Source of the DNA: Thiohalocapsa sp.
GTDB lineage: Bacteria; Pseudomonadota; Gammaproteobacteria; Chromatiales; Chromatiaceae
Assembly: GCA_028277725.1 (NCBI GenBank)
Contig: JANQFX010000118.1
Span: 241 to 64,240, forward strand
Direction: 5' to 3'
DNA: 64,000 bases
The translations under genes and the position numbers were made by a program. Numbering within the stretch: position 1 is the stretch's first letter; each line of letters begins with the position of its first letter. The notes beneath the pieces were generated by a model. That model was not told the origin of the DNA and made no database searches. It worked only from the letters and a program-made list of their open reading frames with translations. Below are positions 1-9,431 of this stretch, piece after piece.

Positions 1-920
1 TCCAACTCGCGCTGAATCAGATCGGAGCGGTAGCAGGCGGAGCCGCGCAGGCGCTGCAACACGGCCCGGTCGAGGGGCATTCGCCGACGCCAAAGCGCGC
101 CGAGCAGGCTACCTGCCGCCGCCCCCGTGGCCAGGAAGATCGGCGGGATCGACCAACTCGGCGGTTTGCGCCCCAGTGCCCGGTGCATGGCATCGGACAT
201 GGCGCGCGTGGAATAGGGCTCGGCATCGCCGACGATAAAGGTCTTGGCCTGCGCCCGGGGGCTGTGCAAGGCCCGCCATGCGGCCTCGATGAGATCAAGC
301 TGGCTCACCATGGAGCGGCGGTTGTGGAACTCCGGCAGCGGCGGGAAACGGCCGCGGTCGATGGCCGCCAGCATGCGGGCGAGGTTACCCTTCACGCCCG
401 GTCCGTAGACCAGGCAGGGGCGCAGGTTGCAGGCATGCATGCCGTGTTCGCGCGCGGTTTGCAGCACCAGGGCCTCGGCCTCGCGCTTGGAGCGTCCGTA
501 GGCGTCGGCCGGCCAGGTGTCCCAGGTTTCATCGACGCAGCGCTCGCCGGGGTCGGCGACGGCCTTGATGCTGCTGAAGTAGACGAAGCCGCGCAGGCCC
601 GCATCCACCGCAGCGTCCAACAGTGCTCTGGTCGCATCGACATTGACGCGCTGATAGAGCGCATCGGGGATGCCCGCGATGTCCTGCACATGGGCGATGC
701 CGGCGAGGTGGAAAACGCCGTCGATGCCGCGCATCAGACCCTCGGGCAGGGGCTCCTTCGCGAGGTCGCAGCGTAAGCACTCATCCCAGGGTCCGCTCGT
801 GGGCCGGCGGGCGAGCGCACGCACGGAGGCGCCGCGGGCCTTCAGCGCGGTGCACAGGGCTTGGCCGATGAAGCCGGTCGCGCCCGTGACCAGGTAGCGC
901 CTCGACGGTGTATCACTCAT
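1..920 (-). CDS. NAD-dependent epimerase/dehydratase (extended SDR); 3' end runs off the window
   Basis: Manual translation from ATG 920 gives MSDTPSRRYLVTGATGFIG (TGxxGxxG), VFHLAG and YGRSK (YxxxK). The frame is open to position 1. ATGA overlap with the stop of the upstream gene. Confidence 0.85.
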   Translation of the reverse strand, partial: MSDTPSRRYLVTGATGFIGQALCTALKARGASVRALARRPTSGPWDECLRCDLAKEPLPEGLMRGIDGVFHLAGIAHVQDIAGIPDALYQRVNVDATRALLDAAVDAGLRGFVYFSSIKAVADPGERCVDETWDTWPADAYGRSKREAEALVLQTAREHGMHACNLRPCLVYGPGVKGNLARMLAAIDRGRFPPLPEFHNRRSMVSQLDLIEAAWRALHSPRAQAKTFIVGDAEPYSTRAMSDAMHRALGRKPPSWSIPPIFLATGAAAGSLLGALWRRRMPLDRAVLQRLRGSACYRSDLIQREL

Positions 921-2332
921 GTCGCGGTCGACCTGTCTGGGCGACGGCCCATGACGATCCATCCGGTGAGGTCGAGCAGGCAGCGCAGGCCGAGCCAGGC
1001 CTGCGTGAACAGGAACCCCTCGGCGGCGAATCGCAGACGGGTCAGCCCCATGGGCCCCGGTATGAACACGGTGTAGGCGCTGAAGAACATGATGCTCCAT
1101 AGGAACGGATTGCCCGAGCGCATCACCACCACGGCCCCTGCCAACGCCAGGACCAACAGGGCGCTGCGCAGCATCACTTCCGCGAGCACCAGTAGGTCCT
1201 GACCCGCCAGAAACAGCTGGACCTTGCGCGTGAAGGACGCCTCCTCGATGGCCGAGAACCGCACCCGTTCGGTCTGGTGCCCGAAGGCCGCAAAGGCGTC
1301 CAGCAGTCCTGGCCCGTTCAGTGTCTTGAGCATGCCGATGACCCAGCGTTGGGCATAGACCGCCGGGTGCTCCAGCAGCATGGCGAGCGCTTGCTCCTGG
1401 CGCAGATCGAGCTGCTCGACCGCGTCCAGTGAGCGCCCGAGTTCGACCTCGGCCGTTGTGATGGCTGCATCGCCCAAGGCTAGGGCCTCGCGCTGGCCCT
1501 CCGAGAACGGCAGGCCGCGGGTCACCTCCCAGACATAGGGCAGGTGGTAGTTCGCGAACATATTGCTCGCCTGCCCGGACAGGTAGGGCTTGCCGAACTC
1601 GGCCTGATTGCGCAGCAGCCAGGGGCTCAACACCAGGGCCGTCACGAGGGCAAGCGCTGCCGCGCGGGCGAATGCCTCGGCGCGGAAGCGGCCGGAGACG
1701 ATGATGACCAGCGCGAATACCAGCGGCAGTAGGAAGGCGGCGGGACGCACCCAGGCCGCGGCGCCGAGCAGCACGCCGGCCATGATCAGCCAGCTCCAAC
1801 GCGGGACAATGCGTCGGCTGCCGAAGTGCCAGCCAAGGGCGAACAGCGCCGGCACGATGAGCAGGAGGTTCAGCGTGTCGCTGGCGATGAGCTTCGGGTA
1901 GGCGATGCCGCCGGGCTCGATGAGCAGGAAGATCACCACTGCCCGCGCCAGCCCGCCGTCGAGCAGCGAGCGCGTGCCCAGGTAGAAGATCGCGACCACG
2001 ACCAGGTATAGAGCTTCCTGCAGCAACAGTGGCCAGAGCGTGCCCTCCAGCCCGAGCAGCAACAACCCGGCGAGAAGACCCGGGTAGCCGGGCGTGCGGA
2101 ACACCTCTGGATGATAGCGTTCCAGGCTGGAGGAGAACCAACCCTGTTCCGCCAGTGCCTGGGCCAGGGTGAGGTACAGCGGCGAGTCCGGTTGCAAGGG
2201 CTCGCCGCCGACGGCCCAGAGCAACAGCAGCAGCGCGAGCCGAAGTGTCAGGAGCACCGCGACGGCAAAGAGGAAGGCACGGGATCGCCCGGCGTCGAGC
2301 CGCGGTGGGAGGCCGCGACAGGCCCCGGTCAC
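917..2332 (-). CDS. Polytopic membrane glycosyltransferase (GT-C, ArnT/PMT-like)
   Basis: Motifs QPDSPLY, FRTPGYP, 'AAWVRP' and 'PWLLRN' with many TM helices. Start moved to GTG 2332, which overlaps the upstream stop (GTGA). Confidence 0.7.
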   Translation of the reverse strand: MTGACRGLPPRLDAGRSRAFLFAVAVLLTLRLALLLLLWAVGGEPLQPDSPLYLTLAQALAEQGWFSSSLERYHPEVFRTPGYPGLLAGLLLLGLEGTLWPLLLQEALYLVVVAIFYLGTRSLLDGGLARAVVIFLLIEPGGIAYPKLIASDTLNLLLIVPALFALGWHFGSRRIVPRWSWLIMAGVLLGAAAWVRPAAFLLPLVFALVIIVSGRFRAEAFARAAALALVTALVLSPWLLRNQAEFGKPYLSGQASNMFANYHLPYVWEVTRGLPFSEGQREALALGDAAITTAEVELGRSLDAVEQLDLRQEQALAMLLEHPAVYAQRWVIGMLKTLNGPGLLDAFAAFGHQTERVRFSAIEEASFTRKVQLFLAGQDLLVLAEVMLRSALLVLALAGAVVVMRSGNPFLWSIMFFSAYTVFIPGPMGLTRLRFAAEGFLFTQAWLGLRCLLDLTGWIVMGRRPDRSTAT

Positions 2333-3318
2333 TGTTCGGCCTCGGCACGCGCCGCCAACTGCTGGAAAGACAGGTGCCGGCGCGCGAGCAGCAGGGCGCC
2401 GGCGGCGGTGACTGGCACCCAGTGGCCGAACAGGAACATGACGCTCGCCGCGAGCGCCGCCTCCCGGTCGATACCGAAGGGCGTTAGCGCGAAGACGAAG
2501 GCTGCCTGCATGGGCCCGACGAAGCCGGGGGCGCTCGGCAGCGCCACGGCGAAGGCGGTGATGCCGATGGTCACCATCGCGACGGGCAGGCTCACGGCAC
2601 CGGCATAGGCATAGATGCACAGCCAGGCCAGCACCACCGCGAGCATCCATCGGCCGATGGAGTAAACCACCAATAGAGCCGCGGTGCCGGGGTTGCGCAT
2701 GGCGGACAGGCCCTTCTCGAACTGGGCCAGATAGATGCTGCCGCGCGCGCCGAGCCCCTCCGGCAGCCGGCTCGACAGCCAGCGCCAGAGTCCATCGACG
2801 GTCCGTGGAAACAACACGAAGGCCGCCAGCACCGCGGCGAGCCCGGCCACCGCGGCTGCGGCCAGCCAGGCGCTGGTGTGGAAGCCGGCCGGCGCATCGC
2901 GCAGCAGGGCCAGGGCGATTGTGTAGAGACAGAGGATGCCGATGAGGTCGAGCAGGCGCTCCAGCGCCAGGTTCATCAGCACGCCGCTCTTGGACAGGCC
3001 CTCGTCCTTGGCCAACAGGTAGGCGCGGATCAGCTCTCCGACACGCAGCGGTAGCAGGTTGTTGGCCGCGAAGCCGATTATCATCGACGGCATGAGGCGC
3101 CGCGCCGGGAAGTGACCGAAGGGCCGCAACATCCAGCTCCAGCGCTGGGCGTTGCTGGCGAAGAAGACGGCCAGCAACGCCATGAAGGGCGGCAGTACCC
3201 AGAGCCTACCGTCGAGCAGCGTCTGCCAAAGCACCCCGAGGTCGGTGCCCCAGAGGGCGTAGGTCAGGGTCGCGAGCGTCACCGCCGCTGCCAGACCCAG
3301 GCTCGCCCCGCGCTTCAT
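2329..3318 (-). CDS. Lysylphosphatidylglycerol-synthase TM domain / putative flippase (YbhN/AglD2-like)
   Basis: Motifs 'RWSWML', 'NNLLPLRVGELIRAY', 'LERLLD' and 'PSAPGFVG'. ATG 3318 overlaps the upstream stop (ATGA). Confidence 0.8.
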   Translation of the reverse strand: MKRGASLGLAAAVTLATLTYALWGTDLGVLWQTLLDGRLWVLPPFMALLAVFFASNAQRWSWMLRPFGHFPARRLMPSMIIGFAANNLLPLRVGELIRAYLLAKDEGLSKSGVLMNLALERLLDLIGILCLYTIALALLRDAPAGFHTSAWLAAAAVAGLAAVLAAFVLFPRTVDGLWRWLSSRLPEGLGARGSIYLAQFEKGLSAMRNPGTAALLVVYSIGRWMLAVVLAWLCIYAYAGAVSLPVAMVTIGITAFAVALPSAPGFVGPMQAAFVFALTPFGIDREAALAASVMFLFGHWVPVTAAGALLLARRHLSFQQLAARAEAEQ

Positions 3319-4604
3319 GCACCCAGGGAGATGCTGTCGGTGCCGTAGATGCCGCGCAGGCAATCGGCGGCGGAGGCGATGTCCTCGTCCGTCTCGATAT
3401 GGCGAAACTCGGCATTGCGACCGACGCAGTGCAGATTGCCGAAGCGCCCAAACAGCGCCTCGGCGCGCTCACGGGCGTCCTCGAAGCCCTTGTCGTAGAC
3501 CGGATAGCCGAACTTCTCGTCCAGCACCAGGCTGTCGCGGATCTCCTCGGGGCGGATCAGCTCATAGCGGGTCAGGGCCTGGATTACATCCGACTCCGCG
3601 TGGTCCGAGTCCATGGTCACCTCGGCACAGAGCACGCTGTGGTCGGTCGGCGGCAGGTCCGGGTGGAAGTGCTTGAACTCGGCCATACGGTTGATGGCCA
3701 CGTCGCCGTCGCCGAAGTAGACCCACTGATAGGGCATGACCTCGGGCTTCGCAATGTCCAGATACACAAGCTGTATGCGTTTGAAGCGCAGCGCGAGGTC
3801 CTCGCCGAACATGCGCGCCAGGTATGTGGCCGGGATGGTCGAGAAGACGCGATCGCAGGCAAAGGTGCGCTCCTCGCCGCCCTGCCGATAGCGGACCGCG
3901 CCGATGCGTCCGGCGTGGTCGAGGTCGAATCCGGATACCGGCGCATTCAGCAGCACCTCGCCGCGGATGCGCGCCTGCATGGCGTCCAGGATGGCCTGAT
4001 AACCGCCCTGCTGCGGATACCAAAAGGTGTGGAAGAAGGTCTTGGACTGCCGCTTCAGCACATCCAGCAGGCCCGAGGAGCGCAGCTTCTCGCGCCCCCA
4101 GGTGACCGAGATCTCCGCTGGCGTGACGCCGAACATCTTCTTGGTGTAAGGCTCGAAGAAGAAGTCGTAGAGCCCGCGGCCGTAGCGGTTCAGCGCCAGG
4201 GCCTCGAAGGATGTCTCCGGCAGCTTCGGCCGATTCAGGAAACCCCAGACCAGTTTGAACCCCGTGGCCGGTGGGAAGCGCATCAGCAGCTCGATGGGGT
4301 TGATCGGGTCTTGGATCTGCTTGTCGCGCATCAGGATGCGGCTGTGACGCCGGTGCTCGCGCAGCGGCACCAGGGCGCGGACCGCGTTGAGCACGTCCAC
4401 GTCGTTGGTGTGCAGCCGGTGCGGGGCGATGTCGCAGGGGATGCCGTGCCAGTCGAAGGTGCGCGCGAGACCGCCGATGCGCGGAGCCGCTTCGAACACC
4501 GTCACTTGCTTGCCCGCGCGCGACAGCAGCCAGCCGAGGGCGAGGCCGGAGGCGCCGGCGCCGATGATGGCGATGCGCTCCTGGCCAGCTGTGGCTTGGT
4601 TCAT
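3315..4604 (-). CDS. FAD-dependent oxidoreductase (protoporphyrinogen-oxidase / UDP-galactopyranose-mutase-like)
   Basis: N-terminal IIGAGASG dinucleotide fold, 'GGLART', 'WYPQQGG' and C-terminal 'GRNAEFRH'. Confidence 0.75.
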   Translation of the reverse strand: MNQATAGQERIAIIGAGASGLALGWLLSRAGKQVTVFEAAPRIGGLARTFDWHGIPCDIAPHRLHTNDVDVLNAVRALVPLREHRRHSRILMRDKQIQDPINPIELLMRFPPATGFKLVWGFLNRPKLPETSFEALALNRYGRGLYDFFFEPYTKKMFGVTPAEISVTWGREKLRSSGLLDVLKRQSKTFFHTFWYPQQGGYQAILDAMQARIRGEVLLNAPVSGFDLDHAGRIGAVRYRQGGEERTFACDRVFSTIPATYLARMFGEDLALRFKRIQLVYLDIAKPEVMPYQWVYFGDGDVAINRMAEFKHFHPDLPPTDHSVLCAEVTMDSDHAESDVIQALTRYELIRPEEIRDSLVLDEKFGYPVYDKGFEDARERAEALFGRFGNLHCVGRNAEFRHIETDEDIASAADCLRGIYGTDSISLGA

Positions 4605-4657
4605 GTCTTGTTCCCGGTCCTGGGTTGTTGTTGTGTTGGGCGATGGTCTCGCCGGGC

Positions 4658-5506
4658 TCAGGTCATCGGGTCCTGTGCCTTGCGTGTCCGGTCCAGGGCC
4701 CTCAGTGCCTTAAGCAGGCCGCGCAGCGCGTCCAGCCGCACGGAGTTGGGGCCGTCGCTCGCCGCGTTGTCCGGATCCTCGTGGACCTCCATGAACAGGC
4801 CGCCGACGCCGACGCCGATGGCCGCACTGGCGATCACAGGCACGTATTCTCGTTTGCCGCCGGAGGCGTTGCCGAGTGCACCGGGCATCTGCACGGCGTG
4901 GGTCGCGTCCATGATCACCGGATAGCCGGTCTTGGCCATTTCGTAGAGGCTGCGCGGGTCGACAACCAGGTTGCCATAGCCGAAGGTCGCACCACGCTCC
5001 ACCAGGGCCATCCTCTTGCAGCCCGTGGACTCGATCTTGCTCACCACGTTCGCCATGTCCCAGGGCGCGAGGAACTGCCCCTTCTTGACGTTGACGGTGC
5101 GGCCATACTCCGCCGCTGCCTCGCCCACCGCCAGCACGAAGTCCGTCTGCCGACACAGGAAGGCCGGGATCTGGAGCATGTCGACGACCTCGGCGACGGG
5201 GCGGCACTGGGCCTCGGTGTGTACGTCGGTGAGCACCGGGCAGCCGACCGTCTCGCGGACCTCCGCGAGGACGGCCAAGCCCTGCTCCAGCCCGACGCCG
5301 CGGCGGCCGGACAGGCTCGAGCGGTTGGCCTTGTCGAAGGACGCCTTGAAGACGTAGGGGATGCCGAGGTCCGAGCAGATGGCCGACACCTCGCCCGCGA
5401 GCATCATCGCGTGCTCGCGCGATTCGATTTGACAGGGGCCGGATTGCAGCACGAAGGGCAGATCGTTGCCGAGCGTGACGCCATCGAAAACTCGTATCTG
5501 TTGCAT
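4658..5506 (-). CDS. kdsA: 3-deoxy-8-phosphooctulonate (KDO8P) synthase
   Basis: Motifs GPCQIES, FKASFDKANRSS, QIPAFLCRQTD, KKGQF, DATHAVQ and SDGPN. Confidence 0.95.
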   Translation of the reverse strand: MQQIRVFDGVTLGNDLPFVLQSGPCQIESREHAMMLAGEVSAICSDLGIPYVFKASFDKANRSSLSGRRGVGLEQGLAVLAEVRETVGCPVLTDVHTEAQCRPVAEVVDMLQIPAFLCRQTDFVLAVGEAAAEYGRTVNVKKGQFLAPWDMANVVSKIESTGCKRMALVERGATFGYGNLVVDPRSLYEMAKTGYPVIMDATHAVQMPGALGNASGGKREYVPVIASAAIGVGVGGLFMEVHEDPDNAASDGPNSVRLDALRGLLKALRALDRTRKAQDPMT

Positions 5507-5879
5507 CGGGACTTCCCCGCGGCGGCGGCTTGGCTGGGATTGACTTCGCGTCGACGCCGAACTGTCGAAAACCGGTAGCTTACCGGACTCCGGCGCTGCA
5601 TGGGGTTGATGGCGGCGCGGGTTGCCGGGAGACTGAGCCTAGGTGGGCCTGCGTCTCTGCCAGTTCCGGGCTCCATTGGCCGGCGTTGCCCGTGTTCGTG
5701 TAGATGGCTCGGTGCCGTTGCCGTCGGTGTAGGGCGGCTATTGCCCGGTGCTTCGGCGCTCATTACCCTCATGTCGAAGCTGCCTCGAACCGGGGGATGC
5801 GTGTCTACCCGCAGGTGACCATGATCGAATCCGTTGCTGCCGAAGTGTCGTCGGCTCCGCTTGCGCTCAGGGAGACGAC

Positions 5880-6974
5880 ATGACCCTGCTGCGCGCCATG
5901 ACGCCCGACGACTATGGCCCCGTCGCCGCGCTGCTTCGCCGCAACGGGCTCGCCGCCGCGCCGGCCGCGGACTGGCGGGAACTGCTCGTTTCCAACCCGT
6001 TCCGTGACCCCGACGCGGACATGGGCTGGGTGCTGGAGGACGACGCCGGCGCCGTCGTCGGCACCTTCGGAAATCTGCGGCTGGGTTATGAATGGAATCG
6101 GCGCCCGCTGCGCACTGCGGCAGCCTATGCCTGGGCCGTCGACCCCGCCTATAGGGACGACTCCATCCGGCTGCTGCGCCGGTACATGCGCCAACCACGG
6201 ACCGATGTTCTGCTCACCAGCACCGCTAGCGCTCGGGTGGGCGAGATCTTCACGGCCGTGCGCTTCGAGCCCGTTCCACATCCGGACTATGACCAGGCGC
6301 TGTTCTGGGTCACCAACGCGTCGGGCTTCGTCGGTGCTGCGCTGCGGCAGAAGGGGGTTCCGCTGGCGGCGCTCCTGCGTTACCCGGCGGGCTTCTTGCT
6401 GTCAACGCTGGACCGCGGGTTCCGGCGCACGAGCCCCCCAGCGCCTGCAAGGGGCGGCTGGGGCGTCCATCGGCTGGATGCCTTCGACGCCCGCTTCGAC
6501 GACTTCTGGGAGCGCCTGCGCAGCACCCCTGATCGGCTGCTCGCGGTCCGCTCTGCCGCGGTGCTGTCCTGGCACTTCGCGCGGCTTGCGCGGCGCGGCC
6601 AGCTGGCGATCTTCGCGCTGGAGAGCGATACCGGACTCGATGGCTATCTCGTCATGTTCCGCCACGACCATGAGGCCATCGGCCTGACCCGCCATCGGGT
6701 CGCGGATCTGCAAGTGCTTGGCGACGTCGCGACCGGCACGCGGATGCTGCTTCAGGCTGCCCTGGCGCAGGCGGCAGAGGAGGGCGTGCATGCCCTCGAG
6801 GTCATCGGACTCAGTACAGAAAAGCGCGCGGCACTGCGCCGGCTCGTGCCCCGCCGGCGGCAACTCCCGAGCCGCCTGTTCTACTATCGGCCGCTGGACA
6901 AGGCCCTGGCGGCGCCCCTCGGCGACCCCAACGCCTGGGACCCGGGCCCCTACGACGGCGATGCCAGCCTGTAA
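5880..6974 (+). CDS. GNAT-fold acyltransferase (tandem GNAT-like, EPS-associated)
   Basis: GGAG RBS at 5871 then ATG 5880. 'WAVDPAYR' GNAT-like motif and C-terminal 'GD' motif. Adjacent to a deacetylase gene. Confidence 0.55.
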   Translation: MTLLRAMTPDDYGPVAALLRRNGLAAAPAADWRELLVSNPFRDPDADMGWVLEDDAGAVVGTFGNLRLGYEWNRRPLRTAAAYAWAVDPAYRDDSIRLLRRYMRQPRTDVLLTSTASARVGEIFTAVRFEPVPHPDYDQALFWVTNASGFVGAALRQKGVPLAALLRYPAGFLLSTLDRGFRRTSPPAPARGGWGVHRLDAFDARFDDFWERLRSTPDRLLAVRSAAVLSWHFARLARRGQLAIFALESDTGLDGYLVMFRHDHEAIGLTRHRVADLQVLGDVATGTRMLLQAALAQAAEEGVHALEVIGLSTEKRAALRRLVPRRRQLPSRLFYYRPLDKALAAPLGDPNAWDPGPYDGDASL

Positions 6975-6995
6975 GCCGCATCCGGGCAGCCGACG

Positions 6996-7934
6996 ATGAC
7001 CAATCCGACCTTCATCTTCTCGCTGGACTGCGAGGGCTACTGGGGCATGGCGGATGCGGTCGCCGACGGCTGGTCGCCGGGCTGGACCTCGGCGGCCCTC
7101 GTAGACACCTACCAGCGCCTGCTCGCGCTGTTCGATCGCTTCGAGGTGCCCGCCACCTGGGCCTTCGTCGCCGCCTTCGTCCATACCCCGGAGGAGATGC
7201 ACGAGCGCGGCGACCTCACCGAACAGCCGCTCAGCTATCGCGGCCGCGACTGGACCGCCGCCTTCAAGCGTGCCTGGGCGGCCGGCGACACCGACGGCTG
7301 GCTCTGCCCCGAGGCCCTGGGGGCGGTTCGACGGGCCGGCGGGCATGAGGTCGCCGCCCACGGCTACAGCCACCTGCCGCTGGCCGAGGTCGATACCGAT
7401 GCTGCCGTAGCGCGTCGAGAGCTGGATCTGCAGGCGGCCTTCTGGGCCACGCGCGGCATCAGGCCGGACACCGTCGTCTTCCCCCGCAACCAGCCGGGGC
7501 ACCTGACAATGCTCGGCGAGCACTTCGTTGCTTACCGTCCGCCGCATCCGCTGGAGGTCCGTCGCGATGCCGCGGCCCGGTTGCTGCGGCTCGTGGACGA
7601 GGTGAATCCCTTCTGCCAGCCCGCCGCACAGAGCATCGCCGGTCCCTTACCCATCCCCCTCCCGCCGGCCATGCTGCTCAATCACCGCGCCGGCGGCCGC
7701 CGTCTGGTGCCGCCGGCCATCACCCTGTTGCGCATCCGCCGGCTGCTCCAGCGCGCCATGGACAGCGGCCGGGTCGTCCACCTCTACAGCCACCCGCACA
7801 ATTTTCTTACCGGCCAGGGCCAGTTCGAACTGCTGGAGGGCGTGCTGTCGCTGGTGCGCACGCACAGTTCCGCTGGCGAGCTTGCGGTCATGACCCAGTC
7901 CGGCTACGCGGCGTCGGTGCGAGCCCCCAACTAG
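6996..7934 (+). CDS. Polysaccharide deacetylase family protein
   Basis: Motifs 'FSLDCEGYWG', 'PATWAFV', 'HEVAAHGYSH', 'VFPRN' and 'HLYSHPHN'. Confidence 0.8.
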   Translation: MTNPTFIFSLDCEGYWGMADAVADGWSPGWTSAALVDTYQRLLALFDRFEVPATWAFVAAFVHTPEEMHERGDLTEQPLSYRGRDWTAAFKRAWAAGDTDGWLCPEALGAVRRAGGHEVAAHGYSHLPLAEVDTDAAVARRELDLQAAFWATRGIRPDTVVFPRNQPGHLTMLGEHFVAYRPPHPLEVRRDAAARLLRLVDEVNPFCQPAAQSIAGPLPIPLPPAMLLNHRAGGRRLVPPAITLLRIRRLLQRAMDSGRVVHLYSHPHNFLTGQGQFELLEGVLSLVRTHSSAGELAVMTQSGYAASVRAPN

Positions 7935-9079
7935 GCGTCGCCGGGCCGTATCAACTCGTCGTAGAGCGCCTGATAGCGAGCGGCGATGACAGGTAGCGAA
8001 AAGCGAGTCTCGATCCGCTCGCGCGCGGCAGCGCCGAGTGCTGCGCGCTCGGTCGGTGAAAGCGACAGGATGCCTGACATGGCCTCCGCCAGCGCGGCCG
8101 GATCACGCGGCGGTGCGGCCCGGCCGGTGTCGCCGACGATCAACGCCGAGTCGCCGACGTCGGTGACCGCGCAGGGCACGCCGGCGCTCATGGCCTCCAG
8201 CAGCACCAGCGGGAAGGCCTCGCCGTAGGCAGAGGACATGACCGCGAGGTCCAGCGCAGCGGCGACCCTGGGCATATCGTGCCGCTTGCCGAGCAGGTGG
8301 AAGCGCCGGGCAATTCCGGTGGACTCGATCCAGCCCATCAGCTCCGCGTTGGCCGGCTCGCAGTCGGCGCCGACGAGGGCGAACTGCACCCGCGGGTGGC
8401 GCGCGCCGAGCATACCGGCGGCCTGCACGAAGTTGCGGTGGTCCTTCTGCGGATGGAAGCGGGCCAGCACGCCGGCGATCAGCGTATCCTGCGGTAGCCC
8501 GAGCTCCCGGCGGAGCGCGGCGTGTGCCTTCGCGTCAGGCCGGAAGGTGCCGGTGTCGATGCCGTTGGGGATGACGACGAACTTGTCCCTGTCGTAGCCG
8601 AGCTGGCCGTGCAGATGCGCGGCGACCTCCGAGCAGGAGATGATCCGCGTCGGCACCCGATGCGATAACCGGGCGCAGGCCCTGGCGATCAGGCGCGTGG
8701 CGCGTCGGGCTCGGGACTTGTCGAGGTCGCTATTGTGCAGGCCCCAGACCACCGGGGCGGAGGTCAGGGCGCGTGCGGCCAAGCCGCCGAACAGATCCGC
8801 GTGGTACATCCAGGTCTGGATGAGGTCCGGGCGCAGGCGTCGGATGTGGCGGGCGAGCTTGGTCAGGGCCAGCGGCGATCCAATCCCGCCGAAGTCGAGG
8901 CTCAGGACCTCGATGCCCTGTGCTTCGATGCTCGGCACTAGCTCCGTGAACACGCCGCCCGCCTTCAGCGACATCACCACCGGCTCCACCCGCGAGCGAT
9001 CCGTCTCGAACAGCAGCCGCATCAGCATGATCTCGGCGCCACCGACGCCGAGGTCGTTGATGATGTGGAGGACGCGCAA
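7931..9079 (-). CDS. Glycosyltransferase family 4
   Basis: Motifs 'GGAE', 'QTWMYHAD', 'IPNG', 'RFHPQKD' and 'EAFPLVLLEAM'. Confidence 0.9.
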   Translation of the reverse strand: MRVLHIINDLGVGGAEIMLMRLLFETDRSRVEPVVMSLKAGGVFTELVPSIEAQGIEVLSLDFGGIGSPLALTKLARHIRRLRPDLIQTWMYHADLFGGLAARALTSAPVVWGLHNSDLDKSRARRATRLIARACARLSHRVPTRIISCSEVAAHLHGQLGYDRDKFVVIPNGIDTGTFRPDAKAHAALRRELGLPQDTLIAGVLARFHPQKDHRNFVQAAGMLGARHPRVQFALVGADCEPANAELMGWIESTGIARRFHLLGKRHDMPRVAAALDLAVMSSAYGEAFPLVLLEAMSAGVPCAVTDVGDSALIVGDTGRAAPPRDPAALAEAMSGILSLSPTERAALGAAARERIETRFSLPVIAARYQALYDELIRPGDA

Positions 9080-9113
9080 CTGGGCAGAGTCCGGACGGAA
9101 CGGCCGCGCGTGA

Positions 9114-9371
9114 TCAGTCGTCGTTGAGTTCCAGGCGGCGCTCGATGCGCTGGAGCCGCTCGACGATCCGGTCGATGGATGCCTGCTGGCGGGCGATGTC
9201 CTCTGCCTGGCCAGCTTCGTCGCGGCGGATACCGGCGACGGCCGACTCCAGACGGTTGATCCGGTGTTTCACATCGGCGAACTCGGCGCGCATCTCTGTT
9301 TGCAGGCCCGCGACTTGATTGCGCATGGCCCGGAACTGCTCAAGGATCAGGTGTTCGATGTTGTCCGCCAA
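9114..9371 (-). CDS. Small coiled-coil hypothetical protein
   Basis: AAGGAG RBS then TTG 9371. Heptad-rich sequence ending RIERRLELNDD. Confidence 0.65.
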   Translation of the reverse strand: MADNIEHLILEQFRAMRNQVAGLQTEMRAEFADVKHRINRLESAVAGIRRDEAGQAEDIARQQASIDRIVERLQRIERRLELNDD

Positions 9372-9431
9372 GGCCGTTTCTCCTTGCTGTTTCCGGCAGC
9401 CTAGCACGTGTCCCGCATTACCGCAGGGCGG

